Positions 31,659-32,000 of a stretch of 32,000 nt of DNA are shown in pieces; positions within the stretch are counted from its first letter, which is position 1, and each line of letters starts with the position of its first letter. The stretch lies in NCBI GenBank assembly GCA_964355015.1, contig CAYHCE010000002.1, positions 45,288-77,287 on the forward strand. The letters run 5' to 3'. The notes under the pieces were generated by a model that had not been told where the DNA came from, ran no database searches, and worked only from the letters and a program-made list of their open reading frames with translations. This stretch comes from an uncultured bacterium. Its GTDB lineage: Bacteria > Cyanobacteriota > Cyanobacteriia > PCC-6307 > Cyanobiaceae. The translations under genes were made by a program, and so were the position numbers.

Positions 31659-32000
31659 CTAGGCGGCGGGTCCGGCCGGGTCCCTTGCGCCGGCGGAGGC
31701 CCTGCCGTCACCCACCGCTGCCCGCAGGTTGCGTCGCCACATCCAGGGTCTGATCCGCCGCAGGGCGGAGCCCCGCAGGCGCTCATCCCATTCCGCGTCG
31801 CTCCACTCCAGCGCCTCCTCGGCCCGTAGATCCAGCAGCCAGTCCCGGGGCTGCAGGTCGGGATCCGTGCTGCTGGGCAGGGGCTGGCGGTTCCACGGGC
31901 AGACGTCCTGGCAGATGTCGCAGCCGGCCACCCAGCGGCCCATGGCGGCGGCGATCGGCGCGGGCAGTTCCGCTTCCCGGTTCTCGATCGTGTGGAAGGA
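31659..32000 (-). CDS. queG: Epoxyqueuosine reductase, C-terminal part (gene continues past the right edge)
   Basis: The minus-strand frame is open to the window end: ...SFHTIENREAELPAPIAAAMGRWVAGCDICQDVCPWNRQP.... The GCDICQDVCPWN 4Fe-4S motif and the following WMWRRNLR-type tail are typical of QueG. The track ORF (31659..31943) is only the portion after an internal Met. Confidence 0.8.
   Translation of the reverse strand, partial: SFHTIENREAELPAPIAAAMGRWVAGCDICQDVCPWNRQPLPSSTDPDLQPRDWLLDLRAEEALEWSDAEWDERLRGSALRRIRPWMWRRNLRAAVGDGRASAGARDPAGPAA

Overview
This window is GC-rich (about two-thirds G+C by eye), densely packed core chromosome of a picocyanobacterium, most consistent with high-GC Synechococcus/Cyanobium. 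The gene order thrC | dnaN, conserved hypothetical, purL, purF, gyrA/parC-like (-), TPR (-), queG (-) matches the conventional start of marine Synechococcus/Prochlorococcus genomes. I support 28 protein-coding genes: dnaK (5' fragment), aroE, a Tic20-like protein, rpsF, a RodZ-C/DUF4115 protein, argG, mraY, purT, an LCP-family protein, sucrose-phosphate synthase, two DUF1400 proteins (one fused to an alpha/beta hydrolase), uvrA, recN, an ABC1/UbiB kinase, thrC, dnaN, purL, purF, a GyrA-box-less GyrA paralogue, a TPR protein, queG (3' fragment) and several small conserved hypotheticals. I found no rRNA, tRNA, CRISPR array, transposase, integrase or phage gene, and no recognisable defence or secondary-metabolite cluster. 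The most interesting non-genic feature is the roughly 490-bp thrC-dnaN spacer. It carries a cluster of cyanobacterial-type DnaA boxes (TTTTCCACA-like), two pairs of exact direct repeats and a 30-bp AT-rich tract, so I call it the candidate oriC. Lesser observations are listed in the findings:
- an uncharacterised PRC-barrel-like protein abutting dnaN, with a Trp-acidic tail
- an apparently orphan ParC-like subunit next to the origin
- an SPS with a degenerate SPP-like domain
- a coiled-coil variant of RodZ
- an LCP protein
- paralogous DUF1400 modules
- HIP1 (GCGATCGC) over-representation
- a few strong hairpins
I do not see convincing evidence for a novel multi-gene system. The many long ORFs antisense to real genes are high-GC shadow ORFs.
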